Origin: a virus
Virus record (IMG/VR): IMGVR_UViG_3300045988_163359
Length of the DNA stretch: 64,000 bases
Strand: one strand, 5' to 3'
The notes under the pieces are model-generated. The model worked only from the letters and a program-made list of their open reading frames with translations, was not told the origin of the DNA and did no database searches. Position 1 is the stretch's first letter. Every line of letters begins with the position of its first letter. Shown here in pieces: positions 28,210 through 36,829 of this stretch. A program made the position numbers and the translations under genes.

Positions 28210-29292
28210 ATGAGTGATGAAATGAAAGTAAGTCTAGCAAAAGATTCTACGGTAGATAAAATGAGAGTGAGACAAGGGGAAGATGGTTATTCTTACCCTT
28301 ACACTTCTCCAGATTTAGTTGTTGATAAAACTGGAAAATCCACTACTACTAAATTTACTGAATTAGAAAATAAAATAGAAAAAGTTGGTAGTACTTCAAT
28401 AGATGATACAAATACTGCTACTGATAAGACTTGGTCATCAAGTAAAATTGATACACAATTTAAAGATATTGCGAACTTAAAAAATACAGGTTTAACTTTG
28501 ACACAAATAGATTTATTAAAAGATGTATTATATAAAATGGAATTCAGTACTGAAGAATTAGCAACTCAAGGAAAACAAGCTATAGATAAATTAATATCTT
28601 CATTAAAGAACACACAAAGTGAGGACAAAGTATTGATTTCAATTTATGCAGTTTATAATGGTGGAGATGTTTTAGTAGGAACTGATATTAATAGTCTTGA
28701 TATAAGTGTTACAGCTAATTATTCCGATAATACAACAGCTAATATAACAGATTTTGAAGTTAGTGGAGAAATTACAGAAGGTGAAAATATAATAACTATA
28801 ACATATAATGAAAAAATAACTACTGTGACGGTTAAAGGTTATGTTGAAGGATTAGTTGATATTAAAGGAGATGCTTTGCTTGAGGGTTATTATATCGCTA
28901 AAAATAAAGATTATTCATTTTATCAACTTACTTCAGAAGGTGGAAGAAGAAATTATTCAATTCCTATTAAGGCTAATACAAAATATACTATTGCTTGGGA
29001 TTTAGATAATCAATATAGAAATCCAAATATAGGTGCATCTAATTTTACTACAACAGTTGCAGATATTAGCTCTAACGTTTGGTTATTATGTACAACTTCT
29101 GATATGAAAGATGCTACAACCGAAAGAACCACTGCAACTTTTGAAAATCCAATAACTTTAAATAAATTATATGAACTACAAAAAGGTGACGATGACATAT
29201 ACCATAGTGCTTTAGAATTAACATGGGCAAATGCTGGATATTTTTCAATAGATGACACTGAAAATATACCTGTGCATATTTACGAAGGGTAG
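28210..29292 (+). CDS. tail fibre/adhesin-like protein with Ig-like (Big_2-type) domain
   Basis: DDTNTATDKTWSSSKID fibre-type motif. Ig-like segment ISIYAVYNGG...ITITYNEKITTVTVKG. Confidence 0.5.
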   Translation: MSDEMKVSLAKDSTVDKMRVRQGEDGYSYPYTSPDLVVDKTGKSTTTKFTELENKIEKVGSTSIDDTNTATDKTWSSSKIDTQFKDIANLKNTGLTLTQIDLLKDVLYKMEFSTEELATQGKQAIDKLISSLKNTQSEDKVLISIYAVYNGGDVLVGTDINSLDISVTANYSDNTTANITDFEVSGEITEGENIITITYNEKITTVTVKGYVEGLVDIKGDALLEGYYIAKNKDYSFYQLTSEGGRRNYSIPIKANTKYTIAWDLDNQYRNPNIGASNFTTTVADISSNVWLLCTTSDMKDATTERTTATFENPITLNKLYELQKGDDDIYHSALELTWANAGYFSIDDTENIPVHIYEG

Positions 29293-29301
29293 TGTGTTAT
29301 T

Positions 29302-30435
29302 ATGTATGATATAAATTCAAAAATAATAGAGGGTTTACCTTACAGATATAATGTATATAGTATGCCAATAAATTTTCCTTGTAATGAATACAATAATAGC
29401 ATAAGTAGTTCTGTTAATGCTCAAGGTTTAAATTCTATATCAGATGATTTTGGTACTTTGCAATATGTTGGCGGTATTTGCGTTAATAATAAAATTTATT
29501 GTACCCCTAACTGTGCTGATGATATATTAGTTTATGATATAACAGATAATTTAACTTATAAAATAGGTAGTGGTTTAGGCACTAATAAATTTAAATATAC
29601 AGGACAAATATATTACAAAGGTAAGATTTATATGTTACATAGGGGAGTTAACAATATGATAGAAGTTAATCCAAATGATGACACTTATAGATTAATTGAT
29701 TTAAAACTAGGATATACTGTTAATCCTTATGATGATTATAGAGATAGTTACCATTACAATGGGGCGTTGTCAGACCAAGGATATTTATATCAACCACCTG
29801 CTTATAATAATACCGATTTACTCAAAATAAATATGGAGGATTTTTCAATTGAAAAGATACCTTTTGCATCTGATAAAGTTGATACTTGGATAGGTTGTAT
29901 AAGACATCCAAGTGAAAATAAAATTATATTCTTATCAACAAAAGTTTTTAGGATATGGAACTGCGACAATGATACTTTTGTTGATATAATAAGTGAAAAC
30001 AATCAGTCTTGTTATGACATGGTTTACGATAGCAGATATAATTGTTTTATAGGTGTGTCAGCAAGAGAGGGTGTATTTCAAAAATGGATTGCAATAAATA
30101 TTGATGATTATACTATTACAGAATCTTCATGGGTAAACTATATGACAACTGGATATGGGGTTTGTATAGGACTTGACGGAAATTATTATCATTTGGAAGG
30201 TAATACTGCATTTGTTGCAAGTTATGACGGGAATAGTTTTAGTATAAAAAATTCTGTAACAACAAGTGATGATATGGGGAATGAATCTCCATATATCGCA
30301 GGACAATCAATAGATACGGAAGGTAACATATATGGTATACCTGCTAGTGGGAAAATGTGTGAAATTACATTTACTGGAGTTAGTATATCTTTACCCGAAT
30401 GGATTGTAAAAAGTCAATTTTATGGTAAATATTAG
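29302..30435 (+). CDS. hypothetical protein, possibly beta-propeller-like
   Basis: 377 aa with recurring G..Y/IY..P strand-like motifs. Last gene of the fibre block. Confidence 0.4.
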   Translation: MYDINSKIIEGLPYRYNVYSMPINFPCNEYNNSISSSVNAQGLNSISDDFGTLQYVGGICVNNKIYCTPNCADDILVYDITDNLTYKIGSGLGTNKFKYTGQIYYKGKIYMLHRGVNNMIEVNPNDDTYRLIDLKLGYTVNPYDDYRDSYHYNGALSDQGYLYQPPAYNNTDLLKINMEDFSIEKIPFASDKVDTWIGCIRHPSENKIIFLSTKVFRIWNCDNDTFVDIISENNQSCYDMVYDSRYNCFIGVSAREGVFQKWIAINIDDYTITESSWVNYMTTGYGVCIGLDGNYYHLEGNTAFVASYDGNSFSIKNSVTTSDDMGNESPYIAGQSIDTEGNIYGIPASGKMCEITFTGVSISLPEWIVKSQFYGKY

Positions 30436-30466
30436 TACGCAATTTAAAAATATTGCGTACTTATTT
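30435..30466 (+). terminator. rho-independent terminator
   Basis: GTACGCAAT-loop-ATTGCGTAC followed by a T-rich run. Confidence 0.65.
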
Positions 30467-30489
30467 ATATAAAAAATAGAGGTGTAAAA

Positions 30490-30675
30490 ATGTTTTATAA
30501 AGTAATGCATTATATTTCTAAATATAGTTTAATGTTGCTTATTTATAGTTTAGTAGTAGCTTTAGCTTTTAAAGTGTTTGGAATTAGTTACTCTGTACTA
30601 ATTTTAACAACTCTGATTTATATTTTTTTAATTATTAAAAAGATAATAAATTTTGATTCTAGCTGGTTACAATAA
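30490..30675 (+). CDS. small two-helix membrane protein
   Basis: 61 aa, GAGGTG RBS, two hydrophobic segments. Confidence 0.45.
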   Translation: MFYKVMHYISKYSLMLLIYSLVVALAFKVFGISYSVLILTTLIYIFLIIKKIINFDSSWLQ

Positions 30676-30685
30676 GTAAGATCAT

Positions 30686-30717
30686 AGAGCAGTTATTAAT
30701 TTAGCTGCTCTTTTTAT
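30686..30717 (+). terminator. rho-independent terminator
   Basis: AGAGCAG-loop-CTGCTCT followed by T5. Confidence 0.6.
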
Positions 30718-30816
30718 TTGAAAAAATAAAGGGTATGAAACTATAACTGTGGATTAATAAGAAAACGTACTTTGACAAGTGAATATAAAATTTATTACTT
30801 AAAATAACTTTAACTG

Positions 30817-30846
30817 TGGACTATATAACTTTAACTATGGTATAAT
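30817..30846 (+). promoter_or_regulatory. putative promoter with extended -10 (TGGTATAAT)
   Basis: TGGACT, 18-nt spacer, TGgTATAAT. Overlaps two internal IR-like boxes AACTTTAACT(G/A)TGG (30806-19, 30827-40). Confidence 0.4.
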
Positions 30847-30874
30847 GAGGTATATTTATAAGAAGGAGGTTATT

Positions 30875-31381
30875 ATGAATTTTAAACAAGCATTAGAAGA
30901 AATGAAAAAAGGGAACAAAGTTAAACTACCTTCATGGGGTGGTTATTGGTGTTGGGATGACACTAAGCAAACTATTATGATGCACTGTAGACCAAAAGAT
31001 GCAGATAAAGGACAAGGTCCTATATTAGATATAAGAGAAACACAAAGAGTTGAATATACTCTAAGTAATGTTTTATCTGATGAATGGGTAATTGCTAATA
31101 ATGAAAACTGTACTTTATTAGGTGGAACTCCTACTTTTAACTTTGGTGAAGCCATAAAATATTTAAAACGAGGATTAAAAGTATGTAGACAAGGTTGGAA
31201 TGGTAAAAGAATGTATTTAGCTTACGTAAATCCTTATCAATACAAAGTAGATGGAGAAGTACATAAAGATAGTTTATTTTTATCACCTTGGATAGGCATG
31301 AAAACAGCAGATAATAAATTTGTCCCTTGGCTAGCAAGTCAAACCGATATGTTAGCAGAAGATTGGATGTTTGCTGAATAG
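30875..31381 (+). CDS. tandem DUF2829 protein (Tad2-like, candidate anti-Thoeris sponge)
   Basis: Second half FNFGEAIKYLKRGLKVCRQGWNGK..GMKTADNKFVPWLASQTDMLAEDW is a canonical DUF2829 signature. First half FKQALEEMKKGNKVKLPSWGGYW...LSDEW is a shorter copy. Confidence 0.7.
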   Translation: MNFKQALEEMKKGNKVKLPSWGGYWCWDDTKQTIMMHCRPKDADKGQGPILDIRETQRVEYTLSNVLSDEWVIANNENCTLLGGTPTFNFGEAIKYLKRGLKVCRQGWNGKRMYLAYVNPYQYKVDGEVHKDSLFLSPWIGMKTADNKFVPWLASQTDMLAEDWMFAE

Positions 31382-31390
31382 GAGGTAAAA

Positions 31391-31612
31391 ATGGAGCAAT
31401 TGGTCAAAAGTAGTTTTGAAGAAAATATAGATTGGATTTTTGAAAATAATCGTAAAAGAAGAATAGAGGCATATAAAAAAGAGCATGAAAAGAAAGAAAT
31501 AGAATCTAAGAAAGTAATAGGCGAACAAATTGAAGAATTTATGGAAGCATATTATAATGACTTAGAAATAGATTATGAAGCTCTTTTTAAAGCATTAACC
31601 AAAAATAGTTAA
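31391..31612 (+). CDS. hypothetical protein
   Basis: 73 aa, AGGAGG RBS, helical and charged. Confidence 0.45.
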   Translation: MEQLVKSSFEENIDWIFENNRKRRIEAYKKEHEKKEIESKKVIGEQIEEFMEAYYNDLEIDYEALFKALTKNS

Positions 31613-31638
31613 AATTATCAGAAAGAGAAAAAGACAAC

Positions 31639-32952
31639 ATGAATATACTAAATTTACCAGAATTTGAAGTTTTAGACACAATACAAGATGACCACGATAT
31701 GACGGTAATAGTAAGACCAGTTAAAGAGCCTGTGGCTTGCCCAGAGTGTGGTGGAGTTGAATATTATAAGCATGGCAAATCCAAACGATTTGTAAGGGAT
31801 TTAAATAGCTTTGGGAAACGTGTAGGGATTGAAATACATACACATAGATATAAATGCAGATACTGCGGTACTACATTTAGTCAGCATTATAAGAGCATTG
31901 ACGATAGAGATAAAATCACTATACGTTTAAGAGAGCAAATAGAAAAAGAATCCCTTAAAAAGCCATTTGCCAATATAGCAGAAGAATATAGTGTTTCTCC
32001 TACCACAGTAAAGCGAATATTTAATGCTTACATAGAAAGGCTAGAAAAGGATATAACTTTCCTTACTCCAGTTATATTAGGTATAGACGAAGCACATCTT
32101 AACAAGAATATGAGAGCCGTTTACACCGATATAATTGGACGTAAGGTATTGGATATCCAGCCAAGCCGTAAGAAGGGCGATGTAAAGGATTTTCTAAATA
32201 AATTGCCTAACAAGGAGAACATAGAAGTAGTAACCATAGATATGTGGAGATACTACAAAGAGGCAGTATATGAGGAGTTGCCAAATGCTCAGGTAATCGT
32301 TGATAGATTCCATGTAATACAATTAGTCAACAATGCATTAGAAGGCGAGAGAAAGTCGTTTAAAGGCTCATTAGATAAGAAACAAAGGTCTAAACTGTTA
32401 AAAGATAGATTCTTGCTACTGAGGAACAAAGAGGATTTAAATGCTAGACAGATTTGGGATATGCAACTAATGTTTCTAGATTTTCCACAGTTAAAGTTAG
32501 CCTATGAGTTAAAGGAACAATTCCGAGATATCTATAAACACGATAACCGAGAAGATGCTTTAAAGGCTTATGAGGACTGGAAGAAGGCTGTTCCAAAAGA
32601 TATGAAATACTATCAAGATGTAATCAAAACAGTTGATAACTGGCAGTATGAGATATTTAACTATTTTACATGTAGAATTACAAATGCTTATACAGAGAGT
32701 TTAAATAACTTGATTAAGAACATAGAGAAAGCTGGCAGAGGTTACTCTTTTGAGGTACTTAGGGCAAAGGTCTTATTCGGTACAAGTGCTACTAGAAAAC
32801 CTAAATATGCAAGAGCAAATACAAGTAACAAAACATATACATTTACTACGGCATTTAGTTGGAATGATTTCGTAGGAAGTACAAAATTAATAGAAGGGTT
32901 TGGAGTAGATATTCCACAATTACTAGAGGTATTAGAGAGTGATAAATTTTAA
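31639..32952 (+). CDS. ISL3 family transposase
   Basis: N-terminal Zn-finger CPECGG...YKCRYCG. DDE region GIDEAHL.., IDMWRYYKEAV..VIVDRFHVIQL, TNAYTESLNNLIK..GRGY. Confidence 0.85.
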   Translation: MNILNLPEFEVLDTIQDDHDMTVIVRPVKEPVACPECGGVEYYKHGKSKRFVRDLNSFGKRVGIEIHTHRYKCRYCGTTFSQHYKSIDDRDKITIRLREQIEKESLKKPFANIAEEYSVSPTTVKRIFNAYIERLEKDITFLTPVILGIDEAHLNKNMRAVYTDIIGRKVLDIQPSRKKGDVKDFLNKLPNKENIEVVTIDMWRYYKEAVYEELPNAQVIVDRFHVIQLVNNALEGERKSFKGSLDKKQRSKLLKDRFLLLRNKEDLNARQIWDMQLMFLDFPQLKLAYELKEQFRDIYKHDNREDALKAYEDWKKAVPKDMKYYQDVIKTVDNWQYEIFNYFTCRITNAYTESLNNLIKNIEKAGRGYSFEVLRAKVLFGTSATRKPKYARANTSNKTYTFTTAFSWNDFVGSTKLIEGFGVDIPQLLEVLESDKF

Positions 32953-33234
32953 TTCACTCTCTTTTCTTTTCCACAATTAAAGTTGTATACCCAAAATAAA
33001 TAAAAACTAATTTAGATTGGTCCGGTGTATTATATAAAAATATATTATCTTGTATTTTTTCTTTATTTAAACCTTGCAGTTGGACAACCCCAAAACTAGT
33101 GAAATACTTATTTTAAGGTGTGAACTAGAAAAAACCTACTTTACATTAGTTATCACACGATAAATCATATATTTTTTAAAAGGTTATCACATATTTAATA
33201 CCTTATACATATCATATATGTAAGAGGTGATATT

Positions 33235-33810
33235 ATGACAAATAGAGATATGGAGATTTTAGAATTTTTAACATTAAGTAGAATATGTACTAGAAAACAA
33301 GTGCAAGAATTATTGTTTGAAAATAAGCATCAAAATGTACCTTTGAGAAGATTGAAAAGATTAGCTGATGATGGTTATGTAAATAGAAAAATGTTTAAAG
33401 TAGAAAATACTAGAAGTGTTTATGTTTATTATTTAGACAAAAAGCCAAGTAAGAAATTAGTGGAACACGATCTTTATATAACTGATTTTCTTGTAAAATT
33501 AATTAAAAACAATTATGAAATTATAGAGTTTAAGAGAAATTTTTCTTTAGGGAATATAATTTCTGATGGTTATATAAAGGTAAAAAAGAATAATAGAATA
33601 AAAAGAATACTGCTAGAAGTACAATTAAGCCCACATGATTGTATTAGTAAGTACTACAATTTTAAAGAGAATGTAATAAATAATACAAATTGGGAGGTCA
33701 TGCCTTTGCTTTACGTTATTAATAATCAAGGTTTAGATAAAAAATTAATAGACATGAAAGTTATTTATGATAATGTAAAGATTGAAAAGGTGGGTGAGAT
33801 AATTGGTTAA
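33235..33810 (+). CDS. replication-relaxation family protein
   Basis: RDMEILEFLTLSRICTRKQVQELLF...PLRRLKRLADDGYVNR matches the wHTH N-terminus of Replic_Relax proteins, which are usually paired with an FtsK-like ATPase. Confidence 0.5.
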   Translation: MTNRDMEILEFLTLSRICTRKQVQELLFENKHQNVPLRRLKRLADDGYVNRKMFKVENTRSVYVYYLDKKPSKKLVEHDLYITDFLVKLIKNNYEIIEFKRNFSLGNIISDGYIKVKKNNRIKRILLEVQLSPHDCISKYYNFKENVINNTNWEVMPLLYVINNQGLDKKLIDMKVIYDNVKIEKVGEIIG

Positions 33811-34813
33811 ATTATTTGTAAATAGCATTTTTAATGCTGTTAATTCTTTATATAATATGATTTTTAAAATAGATCAATGGGATAGATTGTTTTATGAAAT
33901 GAAATTATGTAATAGAAGTGAAGAATATCCTTTGTTAATTTATCAGTCTGAAGATAAAGAAAAATATTATTTTACCATTCCAATAGGTTTAAATATAGAT
34001 GATTTTAGAAAACACAAGTTAGATATAAGTACTTTTCTTAAAGTTCCAAAGACTAATTTAAAAATTGAATATAAAAATAACTTAGCTTTAATTAGCGTTA
34101 CAGATAGCAAAATTAATAATAATTATAATGATTACTTGTTTAATGATAAAAAAGGTGTTCCAATAGGGATAGATTTAAATAATGGAGATATAGTTTATTG
34201 GAAATATTATTCGTCTAATGAATGTCATTTATTAATTGCAGGTGCAACAGGTAGTGGCAAATCAGTCTGTCTAAATGTTGTTATAAATAATCTCATTAAA
34301 AGAAAAGATGTTGAATTGTATCTTCAAGATACTAAGTATGTTGACTTATATAAATATAAAGATAAAGTTAAATACTATGGTGAAGGTATTAATGGAATAG
34401 AAGAAATACTAAACAGGTTAATTAATGAAATGAATAAACGATATATTGAAATAAGAAAAAACAATAAAAATTTTAACTCAATATTTTTAGTTATTGAAGA
34501 ATTAGCTACTTTTGACCCTAAAGAAGATAAAACTATTTATAAGTTGCTAGGTGAATTATTATCTAAGGGCAGAGCAGCAAGTATTTATGTAATATTAACA
34601 ACACAAACACCATATGCGGAAATATTACCTGGACTATTAAAATCTAATATAAACACTAAAATCGGATTAAAAGTTAATACCAAAGAAGCATCAAAAGTGA
34701 TAAGCGGTGATTATGATGCTTTAACCGATCTTAGAGGTAAAGGACATGGTAAAATATTTACAGCTACAGATGTAAAAGAAATACAATGTTTTTATATACC
34801 TAATAGCAATTAG
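33803..34813 (+). CDS. FtsK/SpoIIIE-family DNA translocase-like ATPase
   Basis: Walker A LLIAGATGSGKSV, Walker B FLVIEELA. YVILTTQTP and GKGH motifs. Confidence 0.7.
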   Translation: MVKLFVNSIFNAVNSLYNMIFKIDQWDRLFYEMKLCNRSEEYPLLIYQSEDKEKYYFTIPIGLNIDDFRKHKLDISTFLKVPKTNLKIEYKNNLALISVTDSKINNNYNDYLFNDKKGVPIGIDLNNGDIVYWKYYSSNECHLLIAGATGSGKSVCLNVVINNLIKRKDVELYLQDTKYVDLYKYKDKVKYYGEGINGIEEILNRLINEMNKRYIEIRKNNKNFNSIFLVIEELATFDPKEDKTIYKLLGELLSKGRAASIYVILTTQTPYAEILPGLLKSNINTKIGLKVNTKEASKVISGDYDALTDLRGKGHGKIFTATDVKEIQCFYIPNSN

Positions 34814-34828
34814 GAATATGTTCCGATT
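34811..34828 (+). repeat. 18-bp repeat TAGGAATATGTTCCGATT, copy 1
   Basis: Perfect copy. Its TAG is the stop codon of the FtsK-like gene. Confidence 0.9.
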
Positions 34829-35142
34829 GCAAATTACAAATTGGGAAATTAAAATTAAATTGTAGATAAAATAATTTCTCATTTTTGAACCCCAACAAGC
34901 AGGAATCGGTTTAATAACCTTTCCCACGAAAAGGACTTACTTTTAAAGTGGGTCCTTTTATTGTTTTAGGGCGAATTTGAAAGAGGGTGATTCCAATGTG
35001 GACTTAAGAAAAACATTTATATTTTAATTGAATTTTAATTATTAAACATTATGTGTGTATATAGTATTTAAGGCAATTTTCCATTTTTAAAGGGGTTACT
35101 AATTTGTAGTCCCTTTTATTTTGCAAAGGAGTTTGAAAAAAT

Positions 35143-35412
35143 ATGAAATTAAATGTAAAAACTCCAGAAGGAGTTCATGTAGAACAAAGAGAAATCGAAG
35201 CTTACATAAAACATATTCATAAAAAATATCCAAATCGAGAAATTGATTATTTAAATATAACAATAGACGATAAAGGGTATGTAGATTTAGAATATAAACT
35301 TGTTCCTGTTTCATTTGAAAGAATCAGAAGAATTACAGGTTATTTAAGTGAAGTTCGACAATTTAACGATGGTAAAAAAGGAGAACTTAGAGATAGAGTA
35401 AAACATACTTAA
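35143..35412 (+). CDS. stand-alone NrdD-like glycyl-radical domain protein
   Basis: C-terminus RIRRITGYLSEVRQFNDGKKGELRDRVKH matches the class III RNR glycyl-radical loop (RxxGY...N.GK..E...R.KH). Only 89 aa. Confidence 0.55.
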   Translation: MKLNVKTPEGVHVEQREIEAYIKHIHKKYPNREIDYLNITIDDKGYVDLEYKLVPVSFERIRRITGYLSEVRQFNDGKKGELRDRVKHT

Positions 35413-35432
35413 GAAAATTGAGAGGTATTAAT

Positions 35433-35666
35433 ATGCAAACAGAAATAATTGTTGCTATTATAGCATTTATAGGGACTTTAGCTGGTTCTTATTTTGCAAA
35501 TAGTAAAACTACTGCAGTAATGCAAGAACAAATAAAAAGTTTAAAAGAAGATATAAATATTTTGTCAACTAGAGTTGATAAACATAATAATTTAGTAGAA
35601 AGAATGTCTGCAGTTGAACAATCAACAAAGTCAGCACATCATAGAATAGATCATTTAGAAGGATAG
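35433..35666 (+). CDS. XhlA-like lysis-associated membrane protein
   Basis: One N-terminal TM helix plus a coiled coil ending HHRIDHLE. Position just before the holin gene. Confidence 0.45.
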   Translation: MQTEIIVAIIAFIGTLAGSYFANSKTTAVMQEQIKSLKEDINILSTRVDKHNNLVERMSAVEQSTKSAHHRIDHLEG

Positions 35667-35676
35667 GAGGTTCATC

Positions 35677-35937
35677 ATGATAGATTTAAATGTTATTAAC
35701 AGTTATTTAGTCATTGGAGTTGTATTAGGTTGTTGTGGAATAGGATATGTTATAAAAACTAGCTTTGACTTTATTCCAAACAAGTATATTCCTTTCATAA
35801 TGGCTGTATTAGGTGTTGTATTAAACATAGCAATATCTAAGTCATTTGATATGAATATTTTCTTAGGAGGGCTTTTAAGTGGGCTTTCTAGTGTAGGATT
35901 GCACCAAAGTTTCAAGGCTTTAATTGAAAATAAATAG
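35677..35937 (+). CDS. holin
   Basis: 86 aa with 2-3 TM helices, directly upstream of the endolysin gene. Confidence 0.6.
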   Translation: MIDLNVINSYLVIGVVLGCCGIGYVIKTSFDFIPNKYIPFIMAVLGVVLNIAISKSFDMNIFLGGLLSGLSSVGLHQSFKALIENK

Positions 35938-35948
35938 GAGATGATATA

Positions 35949-36764
35949 ATGTCAATAGTAAAACCAACAATCGTTGAAAAATGGCAAAAGAAAAACAAAT
36001 ATGGTAGACCTGGAACTCCATTAAATTATACAAAAGTAGCAATTCACTATACTGGTGAAGCAGATGTTAAAGGTTCTGCTACAGTTAACTATTTTAACAA
36101 TGTAGTTGCAAATGGAACAAAAGTTAATGGTAAATATGTATATGCATCAGCACATTTTGTTATTGATCTAAACGGAACAATATATCAATTAATACCTCTA
36201 AATGAAATGTGTTATTGTACAAATTCAGCTAATAGTTACGCTATTGGAGTTGAAGTTGCAACAACAGGAAAAGATAATCATTACACAGATGCTACATATA
36301 AAAGTATGGTTCATTTATGTGCATGGTTATGCGACAGAAAAGGATTAGACTGTAAAAAAGATATAATAAGACATACAGATGTGGTGGGTAGAGCATATAA
36401 ATTATGCCCAATATATATGGTTCTTAATCCTTCAAAATACACTCAATTCAAATTAGATTGTGCTAATTTAAAAGCTGGTAAGATAAAAACATCAAATATA
36501 ATTAATTGTACTAATGGAAAAGGAAAAGTCACAGTTATACCTACTACTGCTACTACTAAAACTAAATACATTAGAATATTAAAAGATGTAAATATACATA
36601 GCAAAGCTGATTTTAATTCAAGCAGTGTGGTAGGTAAAGTTACCGCTGGTGGAGCTTATACTGTAGTAGAAACTATAAAAAGAACTGGAACAGATATGTA
36701 TAAATTAAAATCAGGAGTATATATCACTGCCAGCCCAAAATATGTAGAAGTATTTGAAAAATAA
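35949..36764 (+). CDS. endolysin: N-acetylmuramoyl-L-alanine amidase (Amidase_2) with SH3b-like C-terminus
   Basis: HYTGE..SAHFVID..AIGVEV..RHTDV..KLCP amidase_2 motifs. C-terminal YIRILKDVNIHSKADF..GAYTVVE..MYKLKSGVYI. Confidence 0.8.
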   Translation: MSIVKPTIVEKWQKKNKYGRPGTPLNYTKVAIHYTGEADVKGSATVNYFNNVVANGTKVNGKYVYASAHFVIDLNGTIYQLIPLNEMCYCTNSANSYAIGVEVATTGKDNHYTDATYKSMVHLCAWLCDRKGLDCKKDIIRHTDVVGRAYKLCPIYMVLNPSKYTQFKLDCANLKAGKIKTSNIINCTNGKGKVTVIPTTATTKTKYIRILKDVNIHSKADFNSSSVVGKVTAGGAYTVVETIKRTGTDMYKLKSGVYITASPKYVEVFEK

Positions 36765-36775
36765 TTCTATCGGAC

Positions 36776-36829
36776 GCGACCGATAAGCGACCGATAAGCG
36801 ACCGATAAGCGACCGATAGCGACCGATAA
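36776..36829 (+). repeat. tandem repeat, 5 copies of GCGACCGATAA (11 bp; copy 4 is 10 bp)
   Basis: Read directly. GC-rich island in AT-rich DNA. Inverted half-site TATCGG at 36768-73. Confidence 0.9.

Larger units (their letters stand above)
30731..32992 (+). mobile_element. putative ISL3-family element carrying passenger genes (2262 bp)
   Basis: Terminal inverted repeats GGGTATGAAACTATAACTGTGG (30731-52) versus the reverse complement of 32971-92, GGGTATACAACTTTAATTGTGG (18/22). Flanking 8-bp direct repeat AAAATAAA (30723-30, 32993-33000). Contains an ISL3 transposase gene. Confidence 0.55.

Noticed and set aside
1599-31337. Many 60-120-aa minus-strand ORFs in the track inside the structural module (e.g. 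1599-1871, 1892-2104, 2647-2886, 12738-13100, 14205-14465, 16090-16284, 17197-17472, 18194-18397, 18877-19177, 19963-20145, 23586-23780, 24281-24677, 25976-26209, 29010-29258, 29802-30002, 30943-31337)
   Set aside because: All lie antisense within well-supported + strand genes. They have Leu/Ile/Phe/Ser-rich low-complexity translations typical of the reverse complement of AT-rich coding DNA, and they lack RBSs.
33131-33144. 14-nt identity AAAAAACCTACTTT shared with 40764-40777 (both upstream of replication-type genes)
   Set aside because: It is an A-rich 14-mer in AT-rich DNA with no extended similarity, which is too weak to call a functional site.
34870-35140. Possible riboswitch or leader RNA upstream of the NrdD-fragment gene
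   Set aside because: Only two generic terminator-like hairpins were seen, with no recognisable riboswitch core (e.g. B12, SAM or purine motifs).
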